Shown: piece after piece, positions 9,901 to 19,135 of the stretch
Layout of the letters: each line of letters starts with the position of its first letter
Numbering within the stretch: the stretch's first letter is position 1
Assembly (NCBI GenBank): GCA_039189765.1
Contig: JBCCYL010000015.1
Location: 1 to 64,000 of the forward strand
Reading direction: 5' to 3'
From: Cyanobacteria bacterium P01_F01_bin.150
Lineage (GTDB): Bacteria; Cyanobacteriota; Cyanobacteriia; CAKZMO01
DNA: 64,000 nt
Program-made: the position numbers and the translations under genes
The notes under the pieces: generated by a model
Told to the model about the DNA's origin: nothing
What the model saw: the letters and a program-made list of their open reading frames with translations, nothing else
The model's database searches: none

Positions 9901-12900
9901 AGACTGCTGTCGTCTCCCACTATAAGGTCAGAGGTCGATAAGGTAATATTTCCGGCTTGACCACTAGTGGAGGCACTGGAAATCTCAGAGTTTGGCTGGA
10001 GTTGGGTGGTGTTGGCGATCGCCAGACGAATATCCCCCCCTTCCCCAGAGTTTGTGCCAGAGGTGAGGCGACTTTGATTGCCCAAGGTTAGATTGGCGGT
10101 TGATACCTCAATATTTCCAGCGGTGCCATTGTCAGACTGGCTGGTAATGCGGGTATTGGGGTCAAGTTGGATTGCGGTTTGGCTAGTAATAGTGATATTG
10201 CCGCCTTGGCCTGAGGTGGTTGCAGACGTCAGGCTGCTTTGTTCGTTAAGGGTCAGGGTTGATGTGGACAGGCTGATCGTTCCAGCAGTGCCAGAGTCGG
10301 CTGCACTAGAAATTTGAGCATCGTTTTGCAACTGGGTAGTATCTTGCACCGCTAAGGTAATATTTCCTCCAGTACCAGAGTTGGTGGCGGAGGTCAGGCG
10401 ACTTTGATTGCCTAATGTTAATGTTCCAGTGGATACATCGATATTTCCAGCGGTGCCATCGTCAGACTGGCTGGAAATCTGAGTATTTTGTTGCAGTTGT
10501 ACATCGTCTTGGATGGTGAGGCTAATATTGCCCCCTTGTCCTGAGACGGCTTCTGATGTGAGACGACTTTGATCGGCTAGTGTCAAATTGGCGGCAGTGA
10601 GATCAACATTACCTGCTATTCCGGTTCCGGCAGCGCTGCTGGAAATTTGAGCATTATTGGCCAGTTGGGCATTTTCTTGCAAATTGACGGTGATATTCCC
10701 GCCTCGACCGGATGAGGTAACTTCAGAGGCAAGGCGGCTAGAGTCCGCGAGGGTAAGGGTGGAAGCCGTTAGGTTAATGTTGCCAGCAGTTCCATCTCCA
10801 GCGCTACTGGAAATCTCGGCGTTGTTTCGCAACGCTACGTTATCTTGGATCGTGAGAACAATATCTCCCCCTTGTCCCTCATTAGCCTGAGAAGTAATGC
10901 GACTGTCTTCACCTAGAATAAGGGACTGAGCATTAAAGTTCATTGTCCCAGCGGAGCCTTCCCCTCCAGTGGCTTCTACCGATACCGATACTCCATCCCG
11001 GAGGGTGATGGAATCGGTCGAATTAACGCTTAAGTTACCCGCCGTACTGGCCAACACATCGGCAATAATTGTCTCGATTTCGATTTCGATTTCGACTTCT
11101 GGGGTTCCAATTCCGCTAAAGCGTTCAATCCTAAACTCAGAATTTGTTTCTGCGTTAATTTCGTCAAGAAGAATAGCGTTATTAGCAGTGAGACTAATAT
11201 TTCCCCCTTGAATCTGGGTTGAACTCAGATCGATATCGATGGCGCTATCCGTAATTTCCCTAGATCGCTCCAACGAAAAGATACCCGCGCTTCCATTCAA
11301 AATGGAGTCCTCTCCCAGTTGAATGGCTCCTGCTGCTGTCAGCGTAATATCTCCGCCATTTGCAGTAAATTCAGTTTGTCCGGTTCGATCTCCTTGTCCC
11401 TCTGCGGAGGCATCTGCTAGCGCCCGAGCCGAGGCATCAATCGAGGAGGACGGAGAAAAATCAGCAGACAAATAGGCATCATGGCGGATAGTCCCGATAT
11501 CAGATTGGCGATCGCTCACCCCTGCGCTAACTGCTGTACTGAGAGAAATCGTCCCACCATCGGCGATCGCATCTGCCTTTCCCCCTGTCGTATTTCCCCC
11601 TGGATTGTCACTCAAGGCGGCCCCATCGGCAAACGCATCAACTGATCCATTTAAATCATTGGTTTCCAGAGTGCCAATGTTTGAGGCTGCTGTCACATCC
11701 CCAGTGCTGACTTGAGTGGAGAGGGCGATCGCGCCTCCAGTGCTGCGAATATCGAGGGCATTCCCCCCAGTGGCAATTGCGCTCCCCCCATCTGGTTCAG
11801 CCGCAATGGACCCATTGGCAATTCCCTGTGCGGAGGTTGGCGCTTCAATTTCTTGGAGTTGAATGGTGCCAATGTTGGCAGAATCTGCGATCGCCCCTGT
11901 GCTCGCAGTTGTTGAGAGCGTAATACTTTCTCCAGTGCTATTAACCGTCTCAACGGTACCTCCAGTTGCCACTTCTGCACTCTGTCTATTTTCATCCAAA
12001 CGGGAAGTGTTAGCATCAGCATCAGCCCTAGCATATGTAGACGCAACAATCCTAGCTGTTTCGAGAGTGCCAATATTTGCCCCTTCCCTAAAATCAGAAC
12101 CAGGTTGAATCTCGCCAGTAGTCACTTGAGTGGCAAGGTCTAACTGACCCGCCTGGTTTTCTAGTTGGGTAACGATACCTCCATTAGCATTGTTGCTGGC
12201 CTCAGCCAATGTACTTGCCACTACTCCACCATCAATCCAAATGTTTTGGGTTTGCAGGGTTCCAATATCAGAGCGTGCTGCAATGGTTCCTGTATTGACT
12301 TGGGTGGAAAATTCAAGGTCTGCCCCGTGGCGAGCCACATTGATGATGGTTCCTCCGGTTGCCTGGGTTCCCTCGCTGAATTGGGTTACTCCGGTAACAG
12401 TAGAAGCATAGACCGTATCAGTTTGAAGGATGCCGACGGTCACATCGGATGCAATATCTCCAGTTGTAACCGCTGTTGAGAGGGTGATTGGTCCTCCCCG
12501 ACCCGATATGTTACGGCTAGATGCCCCATTCGCAGCCCCTGCTTGGCCATCATTTTGCGTGGGGGCTGACTCAGCGGTTCCAAAAAATGAGGATCGAGTA
12601 AGGATGCTGGAAATCGCATCACTGGTGGTACTAACATCCACCTCAGAGCGGATCGTTCCAGCTCGGACTATCCCAATTGGGGGCACAATGACCAAACCAG
12701 CCCTAGGTAAAATATTTGTCATGGTCACGTTTGTGGCAGCGGTAATTCCCCTGCCTTGGGCCGCGACATTAGCAACGCTTCCGCCAGTCGTTTCCCCTCC
12801 ATTCCCGCTATTCGTTAGGCCCACGTTGCGGTCTATATCCCCCTCCGCAGCAACCTCGATGGATGCAGTGGCCCGAGCATTGACATTTGCCGTGGCCTGG

Positions 12901-15872
12901 GATCTGATATTCGCACTCCTCCTTTGTCGCACTATAGTTCCCCTATTGATGGTGTTGATATTGCCAATCATCGCCTCTATCGCCAAATCACCCGTCGTCG
13001 CTTCTGTCGAAAGCGTGACCGCACCACTTTCAACGGTCACACCATTAACGCCCGTCCCTGTTGCCGTTCCACCATTACCCGTATTCTCAACCTGTACACC
13101 TCCGGCATACACATTTGCCCTCGCGGAAAATCCGTTAAAGCGGGCTGCTGCATCAATGCCGTAGGCTGACGCATTTAGTGGGGTCACGCCCAGGGTTGCA
13201 ATATCCGCAAATGCAGAAATAGTGCCTGTTTCACTTTGAGTCGAAAGTGTAATTGCTCCAGCCTGAATCGAAACATCTGTAATGCTGCCCCCCGTTGCGA
13301 CCCCTCCATTCCCGGTATTGACTGTCGTATCACCTCGGGTATTCACATGCACAGACGCATCGGCATTGGCATCAACGGCACTGAAGGCGTAAGTAGTAAT
13401 GGGTCTATCATAGTTACCATAGAGGAGTTCCCCTTCAGCTCGAAGCAAGCCAATATCAGACTCAGCGTCAATCTGACCAGACTGGACCTCGGTGTTGAGG
13501 GCGATCGCTCCCCCCCGATGCTCAATATTCTGGATACGCCCCCCCGTTGCTATCCCACCGCTTCCCTGGTTGTTAACATTTACATACGAGAAGCTATCGA
13601 CATTGACACGGGCAGAGGCATATGCCCGTACAGCAACTCTACCAGAGGCATCAATACCGGCAGTCCGTAAGGTGCCAATGTCAGCCCCAGCTATGATGTC
13701 TCCCGTGCTAACGTCAGTGCTGAGGCGGATAGTTCCACTGCGATTTACCACATCACTAACTGTGCCTCCGGTGGCATTACCCGCATTAATCGTGTTGTTG
13801 ATATCAGTGGGGTAATAGAAGGAGGGGCTAACATTGACATCTGCGGTGGCATTGGCCAGTGCAGTGACATAGGCGGATGAACGGAGTTCTCCAGTTTGAA
13901 TAGTGCCGATTTGGGTGCGATCGCCATCAGATTGGGCAACGATATCACCTGTTCTCACATCGGTAGAGAGGGTAATAGTTCCACCTCTGGATACTGTAGT
14001 GGCATTTCCGGCGATCGCCTCACCGATATAGCTCCCTCCTCCATAGGGAGAGTAAAGAGGCGCACTTGCATTAACAAATGACGTTGCAGATGTATTGATA
14101 TCTGTTGTACTGATATTGCCGACAGACTCACTAACTGATTGGCTTGCCCGATCCACCCGAGTTCTCAAGGTAATACTGCCGCCTTGGGCGATCGCACTGG
14201 CAGACCCCATCTCTACTCGCTCGGTCCCATCTGGTTGAATAGACCGTTGCTCCCCAGCATTTGCCGTTGCCGATGCAGAAGTATCTAAAAAGAAAGCGTC
14301 AATGGTATCTCCCGCCAAAATGGTGATATCTCCACCAAAGGCACGAGTATCGGTTCCCCCATCAGCAAATGCGGTAGTGATAATATCCGCTTCAACCTGA
14401 ACTCCATTGCGGGCATCAATAACAACGTTGCCACCCCTGGCAATTGCCCCATCAAACTGGGATATAGCAGTATCGATCGCCCCCACCTGAATATCGCCAC
14501 CCTGTAATCCTAGGTTGGGTTGATACTGATTGGTCAAAAAGACCGTTCCACCTGGATTGCTAATGCTACCGACTTGAATATTGGCATTGGTTCCAGTGGC
14601 CCCAACGATAAGATCGGGAAAACTCTCAGGATTGGTGATGCTAGGAAGGCCCACATCTGCCATTCCTGCTCGAATATCTAAGGTGGGTTCTGCACTGCCA
14701 TCGATCGCCACCACCGTTTCCCCATCGGAGAGCGTCACCGCCTCTTGCAATGAATTGCCCAGGGTATCCGCTCCCGTGATCGTAATCGTTCCTGGCACTC
14801 GGACTTGCCCCCCTGCCAAAATATGGAGAGACGCGCCTTCATATGCCTGAAACTCTACATCGCCACTGGCCCGAATCACCGGATCGTCTTCACTCAGCAA
14901 CGGTCCCAAGCGCCTTCCCAGAGAACTAATCCGCTCCACTCGAAAGTCACGACCTGCGGCAAAATGGGCATCGGCGATCGCCCCATCCCCAGACCGCAAC
15001 ACCAAATCCCGTCCGGCAACTAGTCCACTTTCTGGATGATTTAGCGCAAAGATATCAATGGACTCACGGCCTCGTATGCGCAGATTCCGACCCGCCGCTG
15101 CTAGAAACGGCGTGGTGGGCGTATCGCGAATTTCCACCGTGTCCTGCGCCCGTAGTCGTAGATTTCGCTCGGCTTGCAGTGTGCCCGTGAGAGTGAGGCG
15201 ATCGCCATCCAACGTCAGCGTATCCCCCACCACCAATTGCCCACGGTTGATGATTTGACCGCCATCGTCCTGGAAATTGAAATCATAATTGCCATCTTGC
15301 AATCCAGGAGTCAGATTAATGGTCAGTAAGGGCGGAGCTTCTGGGTTAACCGCACTAAAGACCTGACCATCCGCAAACTGAAACGCATCTGCGGTAGTGG
15401 CGATAAACGAACCAGAAATATCGAGTCGGGCATTTTCACCAAAGACAATGCCATTGGGATTTAAGAAAAAGAGATTCGCGTCTCCGTCCACTCCCAGGGT
15501 GCCAAAAATATTTGATATATCATTGCCTGTGACCCGACTTAAGATATGCTCAATGCCACCGGGGCTACTAAAGTACACCCGCTCAAAATCATTGATGTTA
15601 AAGTCCGAAAAGCTATGGAATAGAACGGTAGCTCGAATGGCACCCCCATCGATTAGATCGCCCTGCGCTCCACGAATCGTTACATTTGGAACCACCACCG
15701 AGCCTTCACTCCCCAAGGTCTGGTCCGGAAGAATTTGGGCTGATGCCAGAGGACTGGAGCCTGCCACAATACAACTGGTCAGCAGTAGCGTTTGCATGAC
15801 CAGCGTGGTCGATGTTTGCCTATTGCTGGGCAATGGGCTTTGGGATAGCAGACGGAGGAAAAAAGGCCACAT
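6909..15872 (-). CDS. Filamentous haemagglutinin-family (TpsA-like) large exoprotein, 2987 aa
   Basis: Signal-like segment ending ASAQILPD; haemagglutination-activity domain (LFHSFSDFN, NLFFLNPNGIVFG); 55-aa beta-helix repeats; C-terminal FIISGRGGLP motif. Confidence 0.92.
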   Translation of the reverse strand: MWPFFLRLLSQSPLPSNRQTSTTLVMQTLLLTSCIVAGSSPLASAQILPDQTLGSEGSVVVPNVTIRGAQGDLIDGGAIRATVLFHSFSDFNINDFERVYFSSPGGIEHILSRVTGNDISNIFGTLGVDGDANLFFLNPNGIVFGENARLDISGSFIATTADAFQFADGQVFSAVNPEAPPLLTINLTPGLQDGNYDFNFQDDGGQIINRGQLVVGDTLTLDGDRLTLTGTLQAERNLRLRAQDTVEIRDTPTTPFLAAAGRNLRIRGRESIDIFALNHPESGLVAGRDLVLRSGDGAIADAHFAAGRDFRVERISSLGRRLGPLLSEDDPVIRASGDVEFQAYEGASLHILAGGQVRVPGTITITGADTLGNSLQEAVTLSDGETVVAIDGSAEPTLDIRAGMADVGLPSITNPESFPDLIVGATGTNANIQVGSISNPGGTVFLTNQYQPNLGLQGGDIQVGAIDTAISQFDGAIARGGNVVIDARNGVQVEADIITTAFADGGTDTRAFGGDITILAGDTIDAFFLDTSASATANAGEQRSIQPDGTERVEMGSASAIAQGGSITLRTRVDRASQSVSESVGNISTTDINTSATSFVNASAPLYSPYGGGSYIGEAIAGNATTVSRGGTITLSTDVRTGDIVAQSDGDRTQIGTIQTGELRSSAYVTALANATADVNVSPSFYYPTDINNTINAGNATGGTVSDVVNRSGTIRLSTDVSTGDIIAGADIGTLRTAGIDASGRVAVRAYASARVNVDSFSYVNVNNQGSGGIATGGRIQNIEHRGGAIALNTEVQSGQIDAESDIGLLRAEGELLYGNYDRPITTYAFSAVDANADASVHVNTRGDTTVNTGNGGVATGGSITDVSIQAGAITLSTQSETGTISAFADIATLGVTPLNASAYGIDAAARFNGFSARANVYAGGVQVENTGNGGTATGTGVNGVTVESGAVTLSTEATTGDLAIEAMIGNINTINRGTIVRQRRSANIRSQATANVNARATASIEVAAEGDIDRNVGLTNSGNGGETTGGSVANVAAQGRGITAATNVTMTNILPRAGLVIVPPIGIVRAGTIRSEVDVSTTSDAISSILTRSSFFGTAESAPTQNDGQAGAANGASSRNISGRGGPITLSTAVTTGDIASDVTVGILQTDTVYASTVTGVTQFSEGTQATGGTIINVARHGADLEFSTQVNTGTIAARSDIGTLQTQNIWIDGGVVASTLAEASNNANGGIVTQLENQAGQLDLATQVTTGEIQPGSDFREGANIGTLETARIVASTYARADADANTSRLDENRQSAEVATGGTVETVNSTGESITLSTTASTGAIADSANIGTIQLQEIEAPTSAQGIANGSIAAEPDGGSAIATGGNALDIRSTGGAIALSTQVSTGDVTAASNIGTLETNDLNGSVDAFADGAALSDNPGGNTTGGKADAIADGGTISLSTAVSAGVSDRQSDIGTIRHDAYLSADFSPSSSIDASARALADASAEGQGDRTGQTEFTANGGDITLTAAGAIQLGEDSILNGSAGIFSLERSREITDSAIDIDLSSTQIQGGNISLTANNAILLDEINAETNSEFRIERFSGIGTPEVEIEIEIETIIADVLASTAGNLSVNSTDSITLRDGVSVSVEATGGEGSAGTMNFNAQSLILGEDSRITSQANEGQGGDIVLTIQDNVALRNNAEISSSAGDGTAGNINLTASTLTLADSSRLASEVTSSGRGGNITVNLQENAQLANNAQISSSAAGTGIAGNVDLTAANLTLADQSRLTSEAVSGQGGNISLTIQDDVQLQQNTQISSQSDDGTAGNIDVSTGTLTLGNQSRLTSATNSGTGGNITLAVQDTTQLQNDAQISSAADSGTAGTISLSTSTLTLNEQSSLTSATTSGQGGNITITSQTAIQLDPNTRITSQSDNGTAGNIEVSTANLTLGNQSRLTSGTNSGEGGDIRLAIANTTQLQPNSEISSASTSGQAGNITLSTSDLIVGDDSSLTSATISGQGGNITIDGQGNVQLQNRAAVSSQSEEGRAGNINVSSANLSLGEQSRLTSETTSGQGGTITVTSQGTVDLQLNAEISSASLSGQAGNIALFITDLLQESNSRLTSETTSGQGGSIAIASQGIVELQPNATISSQSNDGTAGSIGVSAANMALGNQSRLTSGTDSGEGGDISLAIATATQLQPNAEISSASTTGQAGNIALSTSDLVLSDDSRLTSATTTGQGGNITINGQGDVQLQNRAAVSSQSEEGRAGNIDVSSANLTLGNQSRLTSETTSGQGGSIAIASQGIVELQPNATISSQSEDGVAGAIEVSANTLTLGADSRLTSATTSGEGGAITVNTQNTTQLQRNASISSQSESGIAGPITLSIGNLILGNQSSLTSATTSGRGGRLTLDSQETARLRSNATISSRSDDGRAGPIQVTAPTLILGQNSRLSSGTLSGQGGNIRVTSQERLQLADQANISSSASETGVAGNINLSVASLNLAEDSRIASEANASDRPSDVIFSRSTSSRDSNSTQARQTTEEQSQGGNIRIVSQDEILLQTNAEISSRSGDGRAGNITVVSPVLILDENSRLASGTESGEGGTIRLTVGERILLQPNASISSSSVGSGIAGNIEITAPLMVLAEESRITSETASGTGGDLIFSIPELLQLQTRANISSRAGDGSAGDIEITSRAVELGDRARLTSETNSGDGGNITLSLQDALEMNAGSQITTSAGTTGSGGDGGNIFLTVENGYILATTANSNTDITANAFDGSGGQIVITTPGLLQVLQDRPGFVEQALQGSTVDADSEAILRAIFGFSIRSREDLTTLLGTTNPDELDPAALSSNDITAISQNNPELSGEVIFQTPDLDLSEDQTDLPTVFAAPEVVRSCQERYTQSLSQFIISGRGGLPTSPTTALGSVILWQDLLPIDSNENAQDSEQSKHPQAEQSYHHETVHIEDAPLVSQSVFEDQELTVVADGIVVLVGDRHDRLLLDDALSSVCDNS

Positions 15873-15915
15873 GGAGATACAATCCCGTTATTTTTGTCCA
15901 GGGTTACGCAACTCG

Positions 15916-15993
15916 GGTCTCAACTCTAGGCGGATAGTGTGGGCACTTCGCGCTCACACTACCGTTGATCTTGGTCCGCCTTAACGCGAAACT
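15916..15993 (-). mobile_element. 78-bp-family miniature element 43 bp upstream of the exoprotein gene
   Basis: Reverse-oriented family ends; flanks CGCAACTC / CGAAACTC. Confidence 0.8.
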
Positions 15994-16102
15994 CCGAAAC
16001 TCTGATGGTGAAAAGAATAAAAGAAAATAGGGAGAAATAAGCGATCGCGCCTTATTTTGTAATGAGATTTTGGAGAGTAGGCTGTGGTTAAAGGGGGACA
16101 GG

Positions 16103-16137
16103 AAAAAAGCGATCGCCCTTGGTTAGGGGCGATCGCT
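16103..16137 (-). terminator. Intrinsic terminator whose stem is built from two HIP1 sites
   Basis: AGCGATCGCCC-N8-GGGCGATCGCT with an A6 tract (U-tract on the minus strand), downstream of the FG-GAP gene. Confidence 0.75.
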
Positions 16138-16163
16138 CTATTACAAGCAGATAGGCTTAACGT

Positions 16164-18752
16164 TTAAAGGGCATCAACATTGACCTCTGCCACAAACGGT
16201 TCACCTTGACCAAACAGGACATAGGATCTGCCACCCAGGTGAGCTCCTTGGACTAGGCCCTTCCCAAATGCCGCTCCAATGAGCAGATCGTCATAGCCAT
16301 CATTGTTGATGTCCCCAGCAGCGCTGGCATGGGAACCGAAACGACCATTGCCATTCAGTCTAAAGCCGTTGGTCCCGTCCAGATCAGCCAGATTGAGGCC
16401 AGAATTGAACACATCGGTACCACCAAATACCACGTAGGCTTCACCTTGTTCACCGCTATTCCCAGCCTGTAACCCTGCAACAAGGATGTCATCATAGCCA
16501 TCACCGTTGATATCGCCTACACCGCTGACAGTACCGCCAATTCGGTCAGTTTCCTCAATGGGGTTAATGACAAATCCATTGGTACCGTCCAGGGTTGCAG
16601 GGTTGAGAAGTGGGTCAAACCCACTGGCCTTGCCGTAAACCAAATAGGCTTCACCGCTAGCGTTCCCACTGGCATCTCCTTCAGGAGCGCCGATGAGGAT
16701 ATCGTCATAGCCATCATTGTTGAAATCGCCAGCACTGCTCACGTCTTGGCCAGACTGGTCATGAACATCAATACCGTGAACGACAAATCCATTCGTGCCA
16801 TCCAAAGTATCCAAATCGAAAATGCCTAGAGTCGGGTCAACACTAAATCCACCCGCTTGACCAAACACCACGTAGGTCTGGCCTGAGTGATACCCATTAG
16901 CACCCCCTAAGCCAGCGCCGATGATAAAGTCATTAATGCCATCACCGTTGATGTCTCCTCCGGCACTGACGCTCTCCCCGATATTCCCTCCTTTAGTCGC
17001 AGCAAAGGTAATGCCATTAGTTCCATCTAGGTTCGAGACATCGAAGACTGGGGTGGAGCCATTGGTGTTACCGTAAATCACATGAACACCTCCTCCACGA
17101 CCGGTCAGACTTTTAGCACTTTTTTCTCCAATGAGTAAGTCATCAATCCCGTCATTGTTAACATCTCCAGCATTACTGACATCTAAACTATTAGGCGTGC
17201 TGTGGGTATTCGAATCAATACCAACGATTTTAAAGCCGTCAGAGCCATCTAAGTCAGCTAAATTGATGTTGGGGGCAAAGCCACTAGCGTTGCCAAGCAC
17301 CACATAGGCTTCAGGAAGTACGCCTTTATTATTTTCCCCCAGAGTTGGTGTGCGGACTTGTTCCGTTCCAATAACGATGTCGTCATAGCCATCATTGTTG
17401 ATATCTCCAGCATTGCTTACTGAAAACCCAGCCCGGTCAGCTTCTTCAATCCCCTGGATCACAAAACCATTGGTGCCATCCAGATCCGCTAGGGTCAGGC
17501 TAGGATCAAATCCATTTGCGCCACCAAACACCACATAGGTTTCCCCAGCTTGGTTAATCCCGTTGACATCCGCTTGAGGAGCACCAATGATAATGTCCGT
17601 AAACCCATCGCCATTGATATCACCGCCGCCACCGACAGTAGCGGCGCGGGAACCTTCTCCCTCGATACCTGCAAAGAAGATTATTTCAGGGGCCTGAGGT
17701 ATAGGAGTGGTATTGAGCAAGACGGATACATTGTTGCTAGAATAGTTGGCTGTGACGATATCAAGATCTCCATCTTGATCCAAGTCGTTAATCGCAACAG
17801 AAAGTGGGCTAGACTCTGTTTCAATGTTAATTGGGGAAGAGAAGCTACCAGACCCATCCCCCAATAAAACCGAAACATTATGGCTGGCATAGTTTGCTGT
17901 CACGATGTCAGAGTGGCCATCCCCGTCTAAGTCAGCGATCGCAACGGAACGGGGTTCTGTCCCTACGGCAATATCAGTTGAGGCCGAGAAACTGCCAGAC
18001 CCATCTCCCAGTAGAACCGAAACATCGTCACTGTGACGATTGCCCACAACCAGGTCAATATTGCCATCTCCATTCAAATCACCGGTCGCGATGGAGTAAG
18101 GATCATCCCCTACTACAAAATTGCTAGGGGACGAAAAGCTGCCATCCCCATTCCCCAGCCAGATTGAAATGTTGTCATCACTACGGTTCGTTACGGCCAA
18201 GTCAGAGTGACCATCTCCATTAAAGTCAGCGATCGCCACGGCCATGGGATCATTTCCCGTTGTTAGGTTGGTGGGGGTAGAAAATCCCCCAGAGCCATCT
18301 CCTAGTAGGATCGAGATATTGTCGCTGTTTTGATTGGTTACAACTAAGTCAGGTACACCATCCCCATTTAAGTCAGCAATTGTGACGTTTCGTGGTCCTG
18401 TTCCCGTTGCAATATTGGTTGGGGCAGAGAAGCTTCCTAAACCGTTGCCAAGGAGAACTGAAACATTATTACTGCCACGGTTTGCTACGGCTAGGTCAGC
18501 ATCTCCATCTCCATCAAAATCAGCAATCGCTAAGCCATGGGGATTTATTCCTGTTGCGAAATCGGTTGAGGCGGAAAATCCCCCAGAGCCATCCCCCAGA
18601 AGGATTGAGACAGTACTGTCGTTACGATTTGCTACGGTTAAGTCAACGATTCCATCTCCATTCAAATCAGCGATGGCTACAGCAAAGGGACGCGCTCCTG
18701 TTGCAAAGGCAGTTTGGGGGCTAAATTCAAGCAGTGATTGAGAAGAGGACAT
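16164..18752 (-). CDS. FG-GAP/VCBS-repeat plus integrin-alpha-like beta-propeller protein
   Basis: Seven ADLNGDG..DLxVxN repeats, then AGD(I/V)NxDGxDD(L/I)xIGA...YV(V/I)FG repeats. Confidence 0.9.
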   Translation of the reverse strand: MSSSQSLLEFSPQTAFATGARPFAVAIADLNGDGIVDLTVANRNDSTVSILLGDGSGGFSASTDFATGINPHGLAIADFDGDGDADLAVANRGSNNVSVLLGNGLGSFSAPTNIATGTGPRNVTIADLNGDGVPDLVVTNQNSDNISILLGDGSGGFSTPTNLTTGNDPMAVAIADFNGDGHSDLAVTNRSDDNISIWLGNGDGSFSSPSNFVVGDDPYSIATGDLNGDGNIDLVVGNRHSDDVSVLLGDGSGSFSASTDIAVGTEPRSVAIADLDGDGHSDIVTANYASHNVSVLLGDGSGSFSSPINIETESSPLSVAINDLDQDGDLDIVTANYSSNNVSVLLNTTPIPQAPEIIFFAGIEGEGSRAATVGGGGDINGDGFTDIIIGAPQADVNGINQAGETYVVFGGANGFDPSLTLADLDGTNGFVIQGIEEADRAGFSVSNAGDINNDGYDDIVIGTEQVRTPTLGENNKGVLPEAYVVLGNASGFAPNINLADLDGSDGFKIVGIDSNTHSTPNSLDVSNAGDVNNDGIDDLLIGEKSAKSLTGRGGGVHVIYGNTNGSTPVFDVSNLDGTNGITFAATKGGNIGESVSAGGDINGDGINDFIIGAGLGGANGYHSGQTYVVFGQAGGFSVDPTLGIFDLDTLDGTNGFVVHGIDVHDQSGQDVSSAGDFNNDGYDDILIGAPEGDASGNASGEAYLVYGKASGFDPLLNPATLDGTNGFVINPIEETDRIGGTVSGVGDINGDGYDDILVAGLQAGNSGEQGEAYVVFGGTDVFNSGLNLADLDGTNGFRLNGNGRFGSHASAAGDINNDGYDDLLIGAAFGKGLVQGAHLGGRSYVLFGQGEPFVAEVNVDAL

Positions 18753-18876
18753 GTGTTGTTCTCCGAAAATTTAATGTGTATGTGCATGGTGGTTTAGCAA
18801 GCAGAAATAAACGTTATAAGATGGCGAGTATTTTTTTCTTTGCCACTTGTTCAAAGTGCTTGTTGAACCACTGAAG

Positions 18877-18907
18877 GGGTATACGGGGATGTCTGAGAGA
18901 TTATGCA
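18877..18907 (-). promoter_or_regulatory. Putative alternative-sigma promoter motif, copy 1
   Basis: Minus strand TGCATAATCTCTCA-N8-CGTATACCC, ~125 bp upstream of the FG-GAP start; 24/31 identical to 20186-20216 with identical spacing. Confidence 0.55.
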
Positions 18908-18992
18908 GAGGGTAAACAGCTTCGAAATATTCCGTTACACTTTAATGGCGAATGGATGAACAGAATTATTTTCCACTTCTAGTAATCTCACT

Positions 18993-19031
18993 AAAAAAGC
19001 GAGCGCCCTCCTTTTAGAAGAAGGCGCTCGC
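18993..19031 (-). terminator. Intrinsic terminator after the second DUF928 gene
   Basis: GCGAGCGCC...GGCGCTCGC stem with an A6 tract. Confidence 0.75.
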
Positions 19032-19135
19032 ATTCACGATTGCTATTAGTGTTCTGGACTATTGCCTATCGCAAGTCTTGCCATCAAACGTTAGAGCGAA
19101 TGATTAGGCGTTACAGATTGAGTAGTTTCAGCTCC

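Noticed and set aside
15901..15910. GGGTTACG as a third copy of the sigma promoter motif upstream of the exoprotein gene
   Set aside because: Only a gapped half-match; no TATGCA half even after removing the inserted element
6857..15984. Many plus-strand and alternative-frame ORFs (up to 244 aa) over the exoprotein gene
   Set aside because: Antisense shadows of a repetitive Gly/Ser/Thr/Ala-rich CDS
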